DNA from: Mizuhopecten yessoensis
Taxonomy: Eukaryota
NCBI RefSeq assembly: GCF_002113885.1
Contig: NW_018405595.1
Location: 1,187,123 to 1,251,122, forward strand
Length of the DNA stretch: 64,000 nucleotides
Direction of reading: 5' to 3'
Shown: in pieces, positions 63,809 through 64,000 of the stretch
Layout of the letters: the number at the start of each line of letters is the position of its first letter
How positions within the stretch are numbered: position 1 is the stretch's first letter
Position numbers and translations under genes: made by a program
Notes under the pieces: generated by a model
Told to the model about the DNA's origin: nothing
Databases searched by the model: none
What the model saw: only the letters and a program-made list of their open reading frames with translations

Positions 63809-64000
63809 AGAAGATTCTAACAATCTTAAGCATTCTTCTGCGAAAGTGAAAGGTTGTGCTTGTGGTGCCTTTGTCTCATTTTGTCTTTATCACTACATCA
63901 GTTGAACAATGACATTAGACTTCGTCATCTTCTCCCCTCTCAATTGGCTGTTTACAAGAAGCAAGTGAACGCCACGTTGCAGTATATTTAATTGCTTCGA

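Overview
AT-rich, repeat-dense eukaryotic genomic DNA, most likely a bivalve mollusc (inferred from the transposon families and TACATGTA-rich background). I cannot support any conventional host gene. The first 27 kb is a nested transposon pile. It starts with a decayed tyrosine-recombinase-retroelement gag and a Gypsy element fused by deletion to an APE-type LINE. A second decayed Gypsy element follows, whose pol is split by two apparently intact DNA transposons. The first is an 8.55-kb Kolobok element (TTAA TSD, 12-bp TIR). It carries an 8-exon THAP-DDE transposase (786 aa) and a convergent, 3'-overlapping 3-exon KolX gene (193 aa) whose C-terminal part resembles the P2X7 cytoplasmic Zn/GDP-binding ballast domain. 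The second is a 4.07-kb PHIS-superfamily element with a single 678-aa Zn-finger/HTH/DDE/SWIM transposase, inserted between AAA and TTT with no target-site duplication. The remaining 37 kb is non-coding: a SINE, MITEs, a non-autonomous Kolobok, hAT/Crypton/LINE remnants, a possible solo LTR, several minisatellites, a composite 371-bp tandem array and two assembly gaps. All splicing, alignments and family calls were made by eye, without database searches.
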